Shown: positions 18,659 to 28,912, counted from the first letter of the stretch. The stretch: 64,000 nucleotides of DNA from Planctomycetota bacterium (GCA_016860685.1 BOJX01000001.1:29776-93775), one strand, 5' to 3'. Notes: generated by a model from the letters alone, not told the origin. Made by a program: numbers and translations.

Positions 18659-20311
18659 ATGAGTACCACATCAGAGGGATACGACGCCTCATCACCCGCG
18701 ACGTCTTCGATCCACAAGGCCGGGGACGGCGGAACCGACGACGCGCGGATATCGACCGCTTCTTCTGACGCTCCCGTCGCAGAGAGCGCCGCCGCTCCGG
18801 GGACGGCGCGCCGGTCGAGCTTCCTCATCCTCCTCTTAAGCCCGCTGACGCTGCTGGCGGCGCCGCGCTGGACCGCCTCCCGTCTTGCGGGGGAGCGGCT
18901 GGGGCGGATGTATGCGTGGCACGTCGTCATGTCGGGCCTGATCCTTCTGGCGAGCTTTTTTTTTACGAGCACCTTTGACGGAAACTGGAATCGTGGGACG
19001 GGGCCGTGGCAGACGTTCAACCAGGAGCTTGAGGATCTGATCCCGGTCCGGGGTCTGTCCGCCGGGGAGATCGGATTCATCACGCTGGTCCTGGGGGAGT
19101 GGGAACTCGGACTGATCGTCGCCGCCCTGATCATCATGCCGTGGGGGGCGGTTCAAGAACGACTTACGTCGAGCTTCCGTCACGCCCTTCGCACGATCTA
19201 CCTGTTCCTGCCGGCGCCTGTCGTATTGCTCGTCCTGCTGGGGCTGCTCGGGTACTGGATCGATGCGGCCGTCGCCGCGCGCCTGTTCGAGTTCAAGCGT
19301 GTCCCACCGGAAGCGCCGCCGATGCCGGCGAGCATCCTGGGCACGCCCGGCACGGAAGCGGAGTGGGCGGAATTCAAGACGAAGGCCGATGTCTACCAAC
19401 GTGAGATGCAGGCGCACTACGCCGAGCACCAGGCCGCGTGGGAGGCGCACTACGCATCGCTTCCTCTGCCGGTGCGGTATCCCGATGAAGCCCGGGCGAC
19501 GCTGGTGTTTCTGGCGATTGCGTTCGGCGTCCGAGCGTTGCTCGCTTGCGCCGGAGTCGCTCGCCCGCCGTCCGCGCCGCCGCGCGCCCCGACCTGCGAG
19601 TTCTGCGGGTACAACCTGACGCACCTGGTCGAGCCGCGCTGCCCGGAATGCGGCGAATCCGCGGAGCGGGCCTTGGGGCGCTGTTTTCACGCCGGGTCGC
19701 CGTGGGAGCGACGACAAACCCTGGGCCGCATCGCGGCGTACCTCGACACGGCGATTCTGGCGCTGACGGCCCCGCGCGAGCTGGGACGTCAGGTGCGAGG
19801 CGCGTCGCCTTCGCCGCAGTGGCGGTCCTTCGTCGGCGTGAGCTTGCTGCTGACTTTTGCGGTGACCGTGCTGGGATTCATCTTCGCGATCCTCGTGGGC
19901 GCCGACGGCGATCCGTTCCGGGAGGACCGTCCGGAGATGGTCGCGGTCCTGATCTGCTTCGGCATCGGCTGCACCCTTGTCGGTCTTGCGGAATTGCTGA
20001 TCGCGGCGCTGCTGATCGGCTTGCTCGCGGGGTGGCAGACGCGACGCAACCTGCTTCCCGCGGCGATGCAGATGGCTGGGTATCAGTCGGGCTACCTGGT
20101 GTTGTGGGCGGCGGCGGGGGCGTTGTGGTCCACGGCGATCGTCAGGGATCTGGACCGCGGCTCGTTCTTTCAGACCGCAAGTCATTCTCTGGGTCAGGGC
20201 CGCTTCGTTCTCGGCATGTTGACCTGGTGGTTCCTGAATCTCCTCGTCGTCCTCGCTCAATTGACGCTGCTGTGGCGCGGCACGCGCGTCGCGCAGCATG
20301 CGAACCGGTAG
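18659..20311 (+). CDS. polytopic membrane protein with internal zinc-ribbon
   Basis: ATG 18659 (MSTTSEGYD...). Multiple hydrophobic helices and CEFCGYNLTHLVEPRCPECG. The antisense ORF 18836..20587 is Arg-rich junk. Confidence 0.65.
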   Translation: MSTTSEGYDASSPATSSIHKAGDGGTDDARISTASSDAPVAESAAAPGTARRSSFLILLLSPLTLLAAPRWTASRLAGERLGRMYAWHVVMSGLILLASFFFTSTFDGNWNRGTGPWQTFNQELEDLIPVRGLSAGEIGFITLVLGEWELGLIVAALIIMPWGAVQERLTSSFRHALRTIYLFLPAPVVLLVLLGLLGYWIDAAVAARLFEFKRVPPEAPPMPASILGTPGTEAEWAEFKTKADVYQREMQAHYAEHQAAWEAHYASLPLPVRYPDEARATLVFLAIAFGVRALLACAGVARPPSAPPRAPTCEFCGYNLTHLVEPRCPECGESAERALGRCFHAGSPWERRQTLGRIAAYLDTAILALTAPRELGRQVRGASPSPQWRSFVGVSLLLTFAVTVLGFIFAILVGADGDPFREDRPEMVAVLICFGIGCTLVGLAELLIAALLIGLLAGWQTRRNLLPAAMQMAGYQSGYLVLWAAAGALWSTAIVRDLDRGSFFQTASHSLGQGRFVLGMLTWWFLNLLVVLAQLTLLWRGTRVAQHANR

Positions 20312-20345
20312 CGGCGATGTCGCGCCACACAATGATCCACGCGGT

Positions 20346-20377
20346 TTCAGCCCGCGCGACAGATCGCGCGGGCTGAA
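20346..20377. terminator. GC hairpin between convergent genes (REP-like)
   Basis: 14-bp perfect stem, TTCAGCCCGCGCGA (20346-20359) with TCGCGCGGGCTGAA (20364-20377), and a 4-nt loop. CCACGCGG occurs on both flanks. Confidence 0.5.
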
Positions 20378-20437
20378 GCCACGCGGCTCGGGCAACCCCT
20401 TCTGCGGTTCTTCTGAGCGGTCGGGGCGCATGAAAAT

Positions 20438-20462
20438 GCCGGGGGCGGCGCTCCGCCCCCGG
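20438..20462. terminator. second GC hairpin between convergent genes
   Basis: CCGGGGG(G)CGG CGCT CCGCCCCCGG, a stem of about 10 bp, lying between the stops at 20311 and 20497. Confidence 0.45.
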
Positions 20463-20496
20463 CAGGGTCTGATGCAAAAGCTCTGGTTCGCCCGCG

Positions 20497-22443
20497 CTAC
20501 GGTTTGCCCGAGCTGGAGGCGCCGGAATCCGCGGCGGGGGCCGACGCCTTCGGATCCTTGTAGGTGATCACGCTCTTCGTCTTCCACGTCGTCCCGTCGA
20601 ACGTGGTCATCGACGCCTCAGAGCTGAAGAAGTCCAGCTTCGCCATGACGGGTCCGAGTTTCGTCAGGATCGTGAGCATGTCGCGGGCGGGCTTGCCCTC
20701 CGGACCGGGCGGGATCGCCATGCTCATCATGCCCATCATGCCGAAGGCCATCCCCAGCTCCTGACCCATGTTGCTCATGTCGGTGAAGTTCACGCTGGTC
20801 ACCGGACCCGTCGGGGTCAGGCCCTCTTTCTGGAAGCGCTCGTTGGTCTTGATGCTCGGCGCGTCGCCGGTGGCGGTCGCCAGACATTTGTTGATCGCCG
20901 CGGCCGAGGAGGCGACACACAGCCAGTCTCCGGCCACGCCGAAGACGGGAACCAGTCCGGGCATCATCATCGCAAGCTGCATGATCTTGACTTCGTGGAA
21001 GCCCTCGGCGCTGACGCCGGTGGCGGCGTTGATCGCCACCTGCTGCTGCGCCTCGGGAGGCATGTTCGCCTTGGCCTTTTCAACGAACGTGTTGAGCCGC
21101 TCCTTCGCCTTCGCGGTGTCGGAGACCCGCAGCATGAGGGCGAACTCACCGCCGCCCATCCCCATCGGGCTTGCCGGACCCGCCGACGGCAGTTCAATCG
21201 TCACGTATTCCCCGCTGAGCCAACTGAAGATGTCCTTCTCGGGGTCGAACCCGATCTCGGCGAGCTTCGCCCGGTACTGGGCGATCGCCGCCGCGCCTTC
21301 GGGAACGTCCTTCTCAATAAAGTTGACAAGCGTCGTGTAAAGCAGGCCGAAGTTGATGCCCGTCCCCATCGAAAACCCGGTGGCGTCCGCGGGGATATAC
21401 TTGTCAAAGGCGTCGAACGCCTTGCGGTCCGTCAGCGCCTTGCAGATGGGCGAGTCTTTCTTCTCCGCCTGAATGCGGCACACCGACGTGCCGATGTCGC
21501 GGACGCCTTCCGTCTCGTGCGTCACCAGGACGTAGTCGACGAAGTCGATCATTCCGCGCACCTTGCCGATCAGGGCGCGGATCTTCTCGATCTCCTCGCC
21601 CGGACCGCCCTGCGACAGCGCCATCTGCGCGATGCCGTTGATGTTCTCGAACATCATCTTGACGTCGAAGAACTCCATCCCGTTCTCGGGGCTGGGAACC
21701 TGGCTGAGCGCCTCGCGGAAACGGGCGTTGTCCACGATCGACGGGACGGCGCCCTTGCCGGACATCAGCCCGCGGACCTCGCCGCTGACCGACGCGCCGA
21801 GGAAGATGCCGATGACGTCGCCGTCGCGGACCAGGTCGAGCGAATACGGCATCGGGATCGGAAACGCGAGCGTCCACTGATTGTCGTTGCCGTCGATCTG
21901 CTTGAACTCAAGACGGGGTATCGGCGGCGCGCCTTCGCCCTGGGGCATGTTCTGCTTCATCGCCTCGGTGGCGAAGCCCACGATCGAGTGAACGATGTCG
22001 CGCAGTCCTTTGAAATTCTTCTCGCCGCTGCCTTCGGCGCCGCGGAACAGGAAGACGTACTCGGGCATCGGCGCCTGCATGCGGTGCGCGTAGACGAACT
22101 CCTTCTCGGTCATCCGGCCCCACTCGACGCTCTCCAGCAGCTTGACCGCCGTGCTCAGCGCCTCGTTGGCCTTCGCCTTGTCCTCCTCCGACGGAATGTT
22201 GGACATCACCAGGCTCTTGACGTCGTTGATGATGCCGGATTTGTGGAACGCCTCGAAGACCTCGGCGTACTCCTTCTCGATGAAGGCGCGCTCGGGGTTA
22301 TGCACTTCGTGCATGTACAACCAGACGTTGCCGGGCACGTAGCGCCCGAGCGTGAACTGCTCGGGAACTGACCCCGCCGACGCCGGCAGGGTCATGAACA
22401 TCAGACCCAGCACACACAAGCCCCCACACCCGATTCGTTTCAT
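20497..22443 (-). CDS. secreted hypothetical protein (648 aa)
   Basis: Signal peptide MKRIGCGGLCVLGLMFMTLPASAG. Protein-like composition throughout. No motif I can name. Confidence 0.65.
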   Translation of the reverse strand: MKRIGCGGLCVLGLMFMTLPASAGSVPEQFTLGRYVPGNVWLYMHEVHNPERAFIEKEYAEVFEAFHKSGIINDVKSLVMSNIPSEEDKAKANEALSTAVKLLESVEWGRMTEKEFVYAHRMQAPMPEYVFLFRGAEGSGEKNFKGLRDIVHSIVGFATEAMKQNMPQGEGAPPIPRLEFKQIDGNDNQWTLAFPIPMPYSLDLVRDGDVIGIFLGASVSGEVRGLMSGKGAVPSIVDNARFREALSQVPSPENGMEFFDVKMMFENINGIAQMALSQGGPGEEIEKIRALIGKVRGMIDFVDYVLVTHETEGVRDIGTSVCRIQAEKKDSPICKALTDRKAFDAFDKYIPADATGFSMGTGINFGLLYTTLVNFIEKDVPEGAAAIAQYRAKLAEIGFDPEKDIFSWLSGEYVTIELPSAGPASPMGMGGGEFALMLRVSDTAKAKERLNTFVEKAKANMPPEAQQQVAINAATGVSAEGFHEVKIMQLAMMMPGLVPVFGVAGDWLCVASSAAAINKCLATATGDAPSIKTNERFQKEGLTPTGPVTSVNFTDMSNMGQELGMAFGMMGMMSMAIPPGPEGKPARDMLTILTKLGPVMAKLDFFSSEASMTTFDGTTWKTKSVITYKDPKASAPAADSGASSSGKP

Positions 22444-22774
22444 GTGTCAATCCTCCGTCCTGCCGAGCCGCCGCACGTGCGGGGTCCGGCGACCTTCGCC
22501 GATATTGTTGACGTCATCGCGCCGGAAGGGACTCCCTCCTGGCACGACGACGTTTCTCCGGTCGCGCACACCCCACGCGCCGGCCGCTCGCCGCCCAGGC
22601 GCCCACGCGGCGCCTGCATCTTCTTCGGCAATTTAAGCTTACAACGCCCGCCTGGAGCAGGCCAGTACAGCCTCGTGACAAGTTGTGACTTCTTGTCGCA
22701 CGCTGCAACCGCTCGGCGACGGACGGCGACATCCGCGCGTCGGCGTGACGCGGCGCGGGACGCACCCCCTTGCG

Positions 22775-25700
22775 TTACGGCGTCCGGGTGAGATTCTTCG
22801 GACCGCGCAACGTCGGCGCAGGCGGCAGCGACGGCGCAGGACGACGCGAAAACCGCTCGACGTTTTCGCTGTGCATGTTCGCCAGATCCACCGGAGCACC
22901 GCGGATGAACATGTGCGTGATCCGCGTCGCCGCCTGAATCGGCGAACCCGTCGTCACGATCAGGTCCGCCTGCTTCCCCGGTTCGATCGAACCCAGCCGG
23001 TCGGCGATCCCGAGGATTTCCGCCGCGCCCAGCGTCAACGCGCGCTCCGCCCGCTCCGCCGTCCAGCCGTGCGCGACGGAAAGCGCGACGTCCATCGGCA
23101 TCGTGAACGCGACATCCGCCGCGCCGGACCCGAAGGCGACCGGAACCCCGGCGCGATCCAGCTCCCCGGCGCACCGGTATACCGAGTCCCACGGGTCAAA
23201 TTCGCCAGGCATGCCCGTCGGTCCGCTGTGAATCACGGCGACGCCGTGCTTCGCCAGGTCTGCGGCGCTCTTCCACGCCTCCTGTCCGCCGAAGATGACG
23301 CACTTCAGTTCGTGCTTCCGCGCGAACTCAACGCTCTCAACGATAGGTGCGTGTGCGTTGGCGTGGAAAACGACGGGGCGTTCACCGCGCACAAAGGGCC
23401 GCATCGCCTCGAGCCGCGCGTCATACGCGCGCTTCGCTCCGGCGGCGGCGCCCGCGTCCTTCACCGCGGCGTAATGCTTCGCCCGGGCGAGGAAGTCCTC
23501 CAGCGCCTTGATCTGCTTCTTGTGTTCCTCCTCCCGCTTCGAGCGATCCTCCCGCGGCAGATGCAGCGGCAACGTCGGCAGCGTCACGTGCAGCGCGAAG
23601 GACTCGGAAAGGAACATTTCCTTCGCGGTCCAGCCGTCGAGCTGCGCGATCGCGCTTTGACCGGCGATCTGCGGCCCGCGCGGCACGGCGAGCACCGTCG
23701 TAAACCCCGACGCCCGCGTCGTGAACACATGCACATTGAAGGGGTACACGGCCGCCGCCGCCCGGACATCCGGCTGAAACGTCCCGATCTCGCCGCTCAT
23801 GTTCGTCGCCCGCAGCGACTCGACCTCGTCGAGCGTTACCGTCGTTCCCGCATCGATGAGTCCGGGATAGACGTGCAGCCCCTCGGCGTCCAGCACCCCC
23901 GCGCCCGGCGGCGCTTCGACGCCCGGTCCCACCGCATGAATCCGGTCGTCCAGAATGATGACGTTCGCGCGCTCGATCGGCGGACCGCTGATCGGATGCA
24001 CGGTCGCGTTGAGGATCGCGTACGCGCGATGCTCGGCCGGGGAAATCGCCCGCTGAACGTCCCGGACGGACGGCGCCTCCGCCGCACCCGGAGACGCTTC
24101 CGGACGGTCATCCTCGAAGTAGACCTCACCCTCGATCAGCGTCATGACGCATTTGCTGAAGGAGTTAAGCGGGTGTCCGTTGAAAATCGCCAGGTCCGCG
24201 TCCTTGCCGACCTCAAGGCTCCCGAGACGGTGATCCACATGAAGCTGACGAGCCGCGTCCAGCGTCACCAGGCGCAGCGTCTCGATCTCGCCAAGCCCGC
24301 CCCAGCGCATCGACTTCGCCGCTTCCGACGCCAAGTAGCGGATGTAATCCGCCGAGTCCGAATTGATCGACGCGCACACGCCGTGACGGGCGAGCATCGC
24401 CGCGTTGTGCGGAACGGCCTGCTCCGCCTCGATCTTGTACGCCCACGACGACGCGAAGCTCGACGCGCCGCACCCGTGACGGGCGATCTCAGGCGCGATC
24501 CGGTAACCGTCCCAGACATGCTGAAGCACCGCCACGCGCACGCCGTATTCCTCCATCAGATCCAGATACCGGAGGATTTCGTCCGAGCGGTAACAGTGAC
24601 AGTGTACGAAAAGGTTCCCGGACAGAACCTCGCTCAGCGCTTCAAGGCGCAAGTCACGCCGCGGCGGCGGCACGTCCTCCCCGGCCTCCCGGCGGCGGGC
24701 GAACTCGGCGCGCTCCTGTGCGTAGTCCAGAGCTTCCTCGAACGCCCGGCGGTAAGTCGTCTCCACGCCCGTCCGAGACGCCGGAAACCGCCGCGCGGGG
24801 CCCGCCGTGGGCCGGTTGGACTGGATCACGTTCTCGCCCAGCGCGAACTTGATCGTCCGCGGTGCATCAGGCACGACCGCCTCCGCAGCCGGGCGCAGAT
24901 ACTTATGCTTGATGACGTCGCACTGCCCGCCGATCGGGTTGGCGGAACCGTGCATCACATGTGCCGTCGTCACGCCGCCCGCCAGCGCCCGGTACACGCC
25001 GGTCATCGACGGATTGATTACATCCTCGATCCGCACCTCAGCGCTGATCGAAAGCGCGGACTCGTTGACGCCGTCGATTCCGAGGTGCGAGTGCGCGTCG
25101 ACGATCCCGGGCATGACGAAGCGCCCTGAGGCGTCTATCACCGTCACTCCGTCGGGGACGGTGACGTCCTCGCCGATCTGCACGATCTTTCCGTTCTGCA
25201 CAAGAATCGAGGCCCGGGGGAGCGTCGGTCCCGAGACCGGGATCACCGTCGCGTCGCGGATCAGCACGTTGCCGCCCGTACGCGTCTTCGGAATCCGGTC
25301 AGCCTTGATTTCCGACTCGAACGTCGGACCGCGCTCTTCCTGCGGCTCGGAAGCCGCCGTGGGTGCGGCCCCTTCCGTCGCCGCGCCGTCCGGAACGGAG
25401 GGTTTTTCGTCTTGCGCAGCGGCGCTGCGAGTCGGCTCCGTCTTGTCATCGCCGGGTTTCTTGTCCGACCCTTTTTCCTTCTCCGAGGGATCGAACTCGA
25501 ACTTCCGGCCGTCAATAAAGACGTAGCGGACTTTCGCCTTTTCCTCCGTCAGCGGCGCCGACATCAGCGTCACATTCGCAAGGCGCTCGGGCGCGAGCGA
25601 CCCCACTTGGTGGCGCAGGTCCGCCCCCGCCGACGCCGCCCTCCCGGCGAGAATCTGTGCAGGCGAACTGGTCAGCACGCGCACCGCAGCCTCCTCCGTC

Positions 25701-27076
25701 AGGCCGCGCTCAATGACCTTGCGAAGGTTCTTCCAAAACTCTTCCGCATTCTTCAGGTCGCTCGTTCGGATCGCCACCGGCACCTGCGCCTCGATGAGTT
25801 TCGTGAGGTTGCCGACCTGCTCCTCCCAGAGCCGGCGGCGCTCCTGTCGGACCTTCACCGGTTCGAACCGCGCTTCACGATCCTCAGGTTTTTCCTCGGA
25901 TTTCGCCTCCGCCGGCTGGGACGGGGACTTATCCGGATTGGACGCCTTGCTCGTCTGATCCGCGGCGCCAGGGGGCCCCACCGACTCGGGCGGATTGCCC
26001 GCCGCAGGCGCCAGGTCCGGCTTGCGGGGCGCCTCCAGTTTCTTCTTTCCGAATTCGGGCTCCTCGTCGAAACGCAGACTGACGATCACCGGAATGCCGC
26101 GATCCCGAAGCAGGTCAGCCATCTTGTGCGCCTCGCGAGCGCCGCTGAGGATCGGATCAAGCCCGAACTCGTCCGCCAGGGTCAGCGCCCGCCGAATCTC
26201 GACCTCGGAGTTTGCTTCGAAGACGACGGGCTGCCGCCGCGCGAGCACGGCCTGAAGCGCATCGAGATCCGCATCATGCGCCACGCGAGGCGCCGTCCGG
26301 GGGTGACGGGCGGCGTATTCTCTCATCTGCGCCCACCACCGGGCATCCAGCAGCGTCTGCCTCAGCAGCGCAATCTCGCCGAGGAGCGTCCCCGGGTAGT
26401 CGCCCGGCTCGCCCGTCTCGAAGGCGGCGTGCATTGCGATGTCGCCGCGAACGAGGGACCGCCGGATCGGCGCATCTGACAGATTCATCAGGTCGCTGCG
26501 GCCCGCAAAAATGCCCGCCCGCGGCACGATCAGCGCCGACGTGAACCCTGCTTTGCGGTGCGCAGTCAGCGCTTCCTCCTTCGGCGCGTAAACATCGTAG
26601 GCGCGAAGATGTGCCCGGATGCCCCGGCGGGCGGCCTCGTTCGACTCCGGCGCCGGCCCTTCACGGGCGTCGAAAAGCTCATCCTCGAGACGCTGCCGGG
26701 CCTCCTCGGTGCGCGGAGTGTCCGGAACGCCCAGCAGAGACATAGCGTCAATAAACCCCGGATAAGCCGTCAGACCTGTCGCGTCGATCCGCTCCGCGTC
26801 CGGCGGAATGACGATCGTTCCGCTTTTGCCCAGCGCAAGAATCCGCCCTTCCGCGAGGATGAGAGTTCCCGGTTCGATGATCTCGCCGGTCCCGGTGACG
26901 ATGCGGGCGTCGATGATCGCCGTCGGCGCGACAAACTCCGCCCGGACCGCCGTCGCGCTCAGCGCCAGCGCCGCGCAAAGAAGCTCCGCGGCCGAACGTA
27001 AACGTGAGAAGCTCACCGCCCTGGCGCTACGATGACAACGACTGCGGACAAACGCCGATTGATTCGTCTTGCACAT
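22775..27076 (-). CDS. giant secreted amidohydrolase-family protein with three amidohydrolase-like modules
   Basis: Three N-terminal-lobe signatures: AYPGFIDAMS, MPGIVDAHSHLG and VYPGLIDAGT. Only the middle one keeps HxH. The start is uncertain (ATG 27076 or GTG 27016, the latter giving VSFSRLRSAAELLCAALALSATAVRA). Confidence 0.75.
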   Translation of the reverse strand: MCKTNQSAFVRSRCHRSARAVSFSRLRSAAELLCAALALSATAVRAEFVAPTAIIDARIVTGTGEIIEPGTLILAEGRILALGKSGTIVIPPDAERIDATGLTAYPGFIDAMSLLGVPDTPRTEEARQRLEDELFDAREGPAPESNEAARRGIRAHLRAYDVYAPKEEALTAHRKAGFTSALIVPRAGIFAGRSDLMNLSDAPIRRSLVRGDIAMHAAFETGEPGDYPGTLLGEIALLRQTLLDARWWAQMREYAARHPRTAPRVAHDADLDALQAVLARRQPVVFEANSEVEIRRALTLADEFGLDPILSGAREAHKMADLLRDRGIPVIVSLRFDEEPEFGKKKLEAPRKPDLAPAAGNPPESVGPPGAADQTSKASNPDKSPSQPAEAKSEEKPEDREARFEPVKVRQERRRLWEEQVGNLTKLIEAQVPVAIRTSDLKNAEEFWKNLRKVIERGLTEEAAVRVLTSSPAQILAGRAASAGADLRHQVGSLAPERLANVTLMSAPLTEEKAKVRYVFIDGRKFEFDPSEKEKGSDKKPGDDKTEPTRSAAAQDEKPSVPDGAATEGAAPTAASEPQEERGPTFESEIKADRIPKTRTGGNVLIRDATVIPVSGPTLPRASILVQNGKIVQIGEDVTVPDGVTVIDASGRFVMPGIVDAHSHLGIDGVNESALSISAEVRIEDVINPSMTGVYRALAGGVTTAHVMHGSANPIGGQCDVIKHKYLRPAAEAVVPDAPRTIKFALGENVIQSNRPTAGPARRFPASRTGVETTYRRAFEEALDYAQERAEFARRREAGEDVPPPRRDLRLEALSEVLSGNLFVHCHCYRSDEILRYLDLMEEYGVRVAVLQHVWDGYRIAPEIARHGCGASSFASSWAYKIEAEQAVPHNAAMLARHGVCASINSDSADYIRYLASEAAKSMRWGGLGEIETLRLVTLDAARQLHVDHRLGSLEVGKDADLAIFNGHPLNSFSKCVMTLIEGEVYFEDDRPEASPGAAEAPSVRDVQRAISPAEHRAYAILNATVHPISGPPIERANVIILDDRIHAVGPGVEAPPGAGVLDAEGLHVYPGLIDAGTTVTLDEVESLRATNMSGEIGTFQPDVRAAAAVYPFNVHVFTTRASGFTTVLAVPRGPQIAGQSAIAQLDGWTAKEMFLSESFALHVTLPTLPLHLPREDRSKREEEHKKQIKALEDFLARAKHYAAVKDAGAAAGAKRAYDARLEAMRPFVRGERPVVFHANAHAPIVESVEFARKHELKCVIFGGQEAWKSAADLAKHGVAVIHSGPTGMPGEFDPWDSVYRCAGELDRAGVPVAFGSGAADVAFTMPMDVALSVAHGWTAERAERALTLGAAEILGIADRLGSIEPGKQADLIVTTGSPIQAATRITHMFIRGAPVDLANMHSENVERFSRRPAPSLPPAPTLRGPKNLTRTP

Positions 27077-27137
27077 GTCTGTCCTTGGAAAAATCTGACC
27101 CTTTCCCTGCTTGCCGCGCTGCGTTACCCTGTCGCGG

Positions 27138-27488
27138 ATGTCCTGGACCCGCATCATCGAGTGCGACCGCTGCCCGACCGGCAGAGGCGTCTTCGTCATC
27201 CGTCAAGGCCGCGAACTGGCCGTCTACCGCTTCGATGATCCGCCGCGCTGCTACGTCCTCGACAACCACTGTCCGCACGCAGGCGGAAACCTGGCCGGCG
27301 GCGAGGTCGCGGACGGCACGGTAGCGTGCCCCTGGCATCACTGGAAGTTCGACCTCGAAACCGGGGTCTGCACGCATTCCGCGCTCGCTCGTGTTCCCGT
27401 CTACGCCACGCGCGTCGAGGACGGCGTGATCTTCGCTGATCTGTCCAGCCCTTCCCCCGCAGAGTCCTCGCGCGGCGGGGCGCCTTGA
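27138..27488 (+). CDS. Rieske [2Fe-2S] domain protein (NirD-like)
   Basis: MSWTRIIECDR...; the Rieske ligands are CPHAGGNL...CPWHHWKFD. Confidence 0.8.
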   Translation: MSWTRIIECDRCPTGRGVFVIRQGRELAVYRFDDPPRCYVLDNHCPHAGGNLAGGEVADGTVACPWHHWKFDLETGVCTHSALARVPVYATRVEDGVIFADLSSPSPAESSRGGAP

Positions 27489-27509
27489 TCGCACTGCGGA
27501 GACGGATTC

Positions 27510-27983
27510 CTACCGACCGGCGACGGCTTGCAGGATAAGGTCCGTCTTGGCGTCGTTTGCGCGAAACTCGAACCGCCGCCCCCCCTCCGAGACCTGAGGC
27601 GTGATCGTGATCCACAACGTCTCGACCGGCATCGCATCCGAAAACCGATCCGCCCACTCCACAACAACCGCGCTTCCCGATTCCCGCATTTCCTCGAAGC
27701 CCAGTGCGAAAAGCTCGCGGCTCGACCGCACCCGGTAAAGATCAAGATGCCGCAACCGCAGCCGTCCTTCGTATTCGTTGACCAGCACGAAAGTCGGACT
27801 CGTCACCGCGGCGGGGTCGGGAAGGCCGTTGCCGGTCGCAATCCCCTTGACCAGGTGCGTCTTTCCCGCGCCGAGCGGACCGACCAGGGCGATGACGACA
27901 TTTCCGACGAGGGACTCCCCGATCCGTCGCCCGAGCGCCGCCGTCTCCTCAACGCTTGATGTCTCGCAGCGCCACATCGTCAT
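27510..27983 (-). CDS. tsaE: tRNA t6A37 biosynthesis ATPase TsaE
   Basis: P-loop GPLGAGKTHLVKGI, SPTFVLVNEY and HLDLYR. The start at 27983 lies just after the thiL stop (27989). Confidence 0.85.
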   Translation of the reverse strand: MTMWRCETSSVEETAALGRRIGESLVGNVVIALVGPLGAGKTHLVKGIATGNGLPDPAAVTSPTFVLVNEYEGRLRLRHLDLYRVRSSRELFALGFEEMRESGSAVVVEWADRFSDAMPVETLWITITPQVSEGGRRFEFRANDAKTDLILQAVAGR

Positions 27984-27988
27984 CAGCT

Positions 27989-28912
27989 TCACCGGTGTAC
28001 GTACCCCGCCGGCCTCAGTTGCCGCATCTGCCCGGACGCCAGCCGCATCACGAATCCGCTCTTGCGGATCCACCCGATCGGAATCAGCGGGACGCCGAGT
28101 CGGCGTATCTCGGAATCATCGACCGCAGCCGCAATCAATAACTCGAAATCCTCGCCGTCCGAAAGCGCATGATCGAGGGCGCTCCGTCCATCCCGGACCG
28201 CGGCACGCCGTGCCGCAGCGCTGACCGCCTCCTGCACCTCCTCCTCGACGAGACACGCCCCGACCCTCGACGCCGCGCACATCCGATCCAGGTCCAGCAG
28301 CAACCCGTCGCTGATGTCCATCATCGCGTGAAGCCTCGCGCCAAGCCTCAGCGCCAGGCGCCGCGCTTCGCCGACGCGCGGCGTGAACGTCATGTGCTTG
28401 CCCAGCAGGCTCCCCCCCAGCGGGCCCGTCACAAGAATCCGGTCGCCCGCACGCGCTCCGTCGCGCTGCACGGGTTGAACCCTTGCATAAGGCTCGGCGA
28501 CGATCGCCACGTCGATCGCCAGCGGGTGATCCCAGACCGTCGTGTCTCCGCCCGCGATCTCCGCGTCAAACTCCTTCGCAGCCGCCGCGGCGCCGCGCAT
28601 AAGGTCGTTCGCCTGCCGCATCGTCATGCCGCGTCGAAGCGCGAGCGAAATTGTCACCGCCGCGGGGCGCACCGCCATCGCCGCGCAGTCGCTGAGGTTG
28701 CAGGCGACCGCTTTCCGCCCGATCGCCCTCATGGTGTGCCGGCGGGAGTCGAAGTGAACGCCGTCCAGCAGCATGTCGGCCCCGAGGAGGAACCCCCGGT
28801 CGCCGCTCCCCCGAACCCACGCCAGATCGTCTCCCACCCCGATCCGGAGGCGTCCGCGTCGCGAGGCGCGGCCCAGCGCGGTGACGAAGCGAACTTCATC
28901 AAAACGCATCAT
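27989..28912 (-). CDS. thiL: thiamine-monophosphate kinase
   Basis: GDDLAWV...DMLLDGVHF, NLSDCAAMAVRP, GGDTT and DISDGLLLDL, the pattern of the ThiL/PurM-like superfamily. Confidence 0.88.
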   Translation of the reverse strand: MMRFDEVRFVTALGRASRRGRLRIGVGDDLAWVRGSGDRGFLLGADMLLDGVHFDSRRHTMRAIGRKAVACNLSDCAAMAVRPAAVTISLALRRGMTMRQANDLMRGAAAAAKEFDAEIAGGDTTVWDHPLAIDVAIVAEPYARVQPVQRDGARAGDRILVTGPLGGSLLGKHMTFTPRVGEARRLALRLGARLHAMMDISDGLLLDLDRMCAASRVGACLVEEEVQEAVSAAARRAAVRDGRSALDHALSDGEDFELLIAAAVDDSEIRRLGVPLIPIGWIRKSGFVMRLASGQMRQLRPAGYVHR

